This document shows positions 62,476 to 64,000 of a DNA stretch of 64,000 nt, piece by piece. Source of the DNA: Ostrea edulis. Taxonomy: Eukaryota. How positions within the stretch are numbered: position 1 is the first letter of the stretch; each line of letters begins with the position of its first letter. The translations under genes were made by a program, and so were the position numbers. The notes beneath the pieces are model-generated. The model saw nothing but the letters and a program-made list of their open reading frames with translations. It ran no database searches and was not told the origin of the DNA. Location of the stretch: assembly GCF_947568905.1 (NCBI RefSeq), contig NC_079171.1:8866001-8930000 (forward strand), in the 5' to 3' direction.

Positions 62476-63815
62476 TTAAAAAACATCAGACTCTGATTCA
62501 GATTCTAAATATTAGCAAATAAGTATTTTTTTAATGTCAATAAAGAATATAATTGTAAATTGAATCTCCAAAATTTATCGGTGGTCCATGTACATAAATT
62601 GTTATAAAGTATATAAGTTACATGCCTACATTGCAATACTTTTATGATACAGTCACCTTAATATTTAAAATCTAATGAAATTAATTGATATGGAAACTTG
62701 AAACATACAGTGTACTGAGTAAGTTCAGAAGTTGGAGGAGCTGCAAATATTTTGTGGGAGTGTTTTCTTCTTTTTCTTAATGCATTGTAATTAGATTTGA
62801 TTTCAATTCTGTTTGCTCCAAAACTTTATCCATCAATTCTAATATGAATCCATAAACTTTTTCTGCTGTATAACAGTGCCCCAGTCAACAACAATGTGTC
62901 TCATTTACGTCAGAGCACAAGAACATACTGGGAAATAATGGATGACCTCCATAAACCTTTAACTTGGAGTGTTCAATTGATCAAATCTCGTAATAGAAAC
63001 AAGCAAATTAGATTTAGGCAACACTATTCAGTTTCAGGAGGTCTTTTAAGTTTATTATGCAACAAATATTTTTTTCATGTTCAATTCCTTTAAGTTGTTG
63101 AATAATTATGGACTAACATTTGCTTCTGTTTCATGTTATTCATATTTTGACTAACATTCAATATTTCAATAGTTTTTAAACATTACATCCATATGGAAAA
63201 AAATATAAATCAGCCTTATAAACATGATAAATTGATTATATCAAAGTTATAGATAATACAGTGTCTCTCTACTCATCAATATCATTTTCATGCCAAAAGT
63301 AGAATTTTAGTAAGAAACTTAAGTATTTCATGGGCATTATATACATTGAACATGTTGATATATTATACAAAACTTATTATTACTGTCAATTTTAGCTCAA
63401 AACAACATGAATTTATATGAAATTTGCATTACAGATTTTGAACATTAAATTCATCTCTATTTCTTTTAAAGCTGATTGAAAATGATGACTTTATCAAGTT
63501 TATAAGTGGTAGGTTTGTTTCATTTTTTGGTTAATGTACTAGTATAGATGCATATCCATCACCTTGATTGTCATGACATATAGAAATTTGACTTTTTGAT
63601 TAATAAATTTGTCTTGGGATGCTTTTAACTGCTTTTTGTGAATCAAAGTTTAATTTTTATATTCCACACGGGTGCTATTCTAAATCGTCTCTCATTTCAT
63701 TACATATGCATGTATCAAGTTAATTTTTCTGTTCTGATTTTCAAAAAGGCCATAGAAAATACCCACAACAAAATTTAAAAAAAAAATCATTTTGAAATTT
63801 CGTCTGGCATTGCTA

Positions 63816-64000
63816 TTTCCATGTCCCTAGAAACTACGTCACAATCTTGTCCTGTTTCTACACCTCGAGGTTGGCTGCGAATATTTGATATTTTAGACTA
63901 TAGATCTACAAGGAGAACAGAGAAATTTAAGCCTTGCGTGCTTGTTGGCAATCGACACTTCATCAACAGACATCACGGTGTATTCCGTTATTTTAGAAAA
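63816..64000 (+). promoter_or_regulatory. 3' half of a TRIM upstream module; implies a further TRIM copy just beyond the window
   Basis: tttccatgtccctagaa...gtttctacac..cgaggttggct.cg...gatctacaagga...gcttgttggcaat...cgacacttcatc matches 24649-24800. Confidence 0.8.

Larger units (their letters stand above)
56772..63815 (+). mobile_element. 7,044-bp DNA transposon relic, TAG...CTA termini, 7-bp TSD TTTCCAT
   Basis: TTTCCAT at 56765-56771 and 63816-63822; ends TAGCATTG and CATTGCTA (rc TAGCAATG); the two flanks rejoin into one TRIM upstream module. Confidence 0.78.

Overview
AT-rich eukaryotic genomic DNA; the repeat content looks like an oyster or other bivalve (inference). The window holds a tandem array of five intronless TRIM E3-ligase genes (C3HC4 RING, B-box1, B-box2, coiled coil, NHL-like beta-propeller), named here TRIM-a (3.9 kb, fragment), TRIM-b (12.4 kb), TRIM-c (24.9 kb), TRIM-d (37.7 kb) and TRIM-e (41-43 kb, minus strand). 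The upstream module of a probable sixth copy sits at the window end. Every copy has a different lesion (nonsense, frameshift or misframed start). Four copies carry an IRF/ISRE-type site 17-19 nt upstream of the ATG, and a degenerate 'shadow' copy of the RING start precedes each gene. Features not shown by the ORF track: (1) a 350-bp tandem repeat and dispersed copies carrying minimal type I hammerhead ribozymes (Penelope/retrozyme-like); (2) a 7,044-bp DNA transposon relic (TAG...CTA ends, 7-bp TSD) inserted into the promoter module of the next TRIM, encoding a DDE transposase followed in frame by a Spin/Ssty Tudor-like domain, plus a P2X7-ballast/KolX-like gene; (3) many nested SINEs, MITEs, LINE and pogo fragments and minisatellites. 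There is one 163-N assembly gap. All alignments and folds were done by eye, so repeat boundaries are approximate unless a TSD is quoted.
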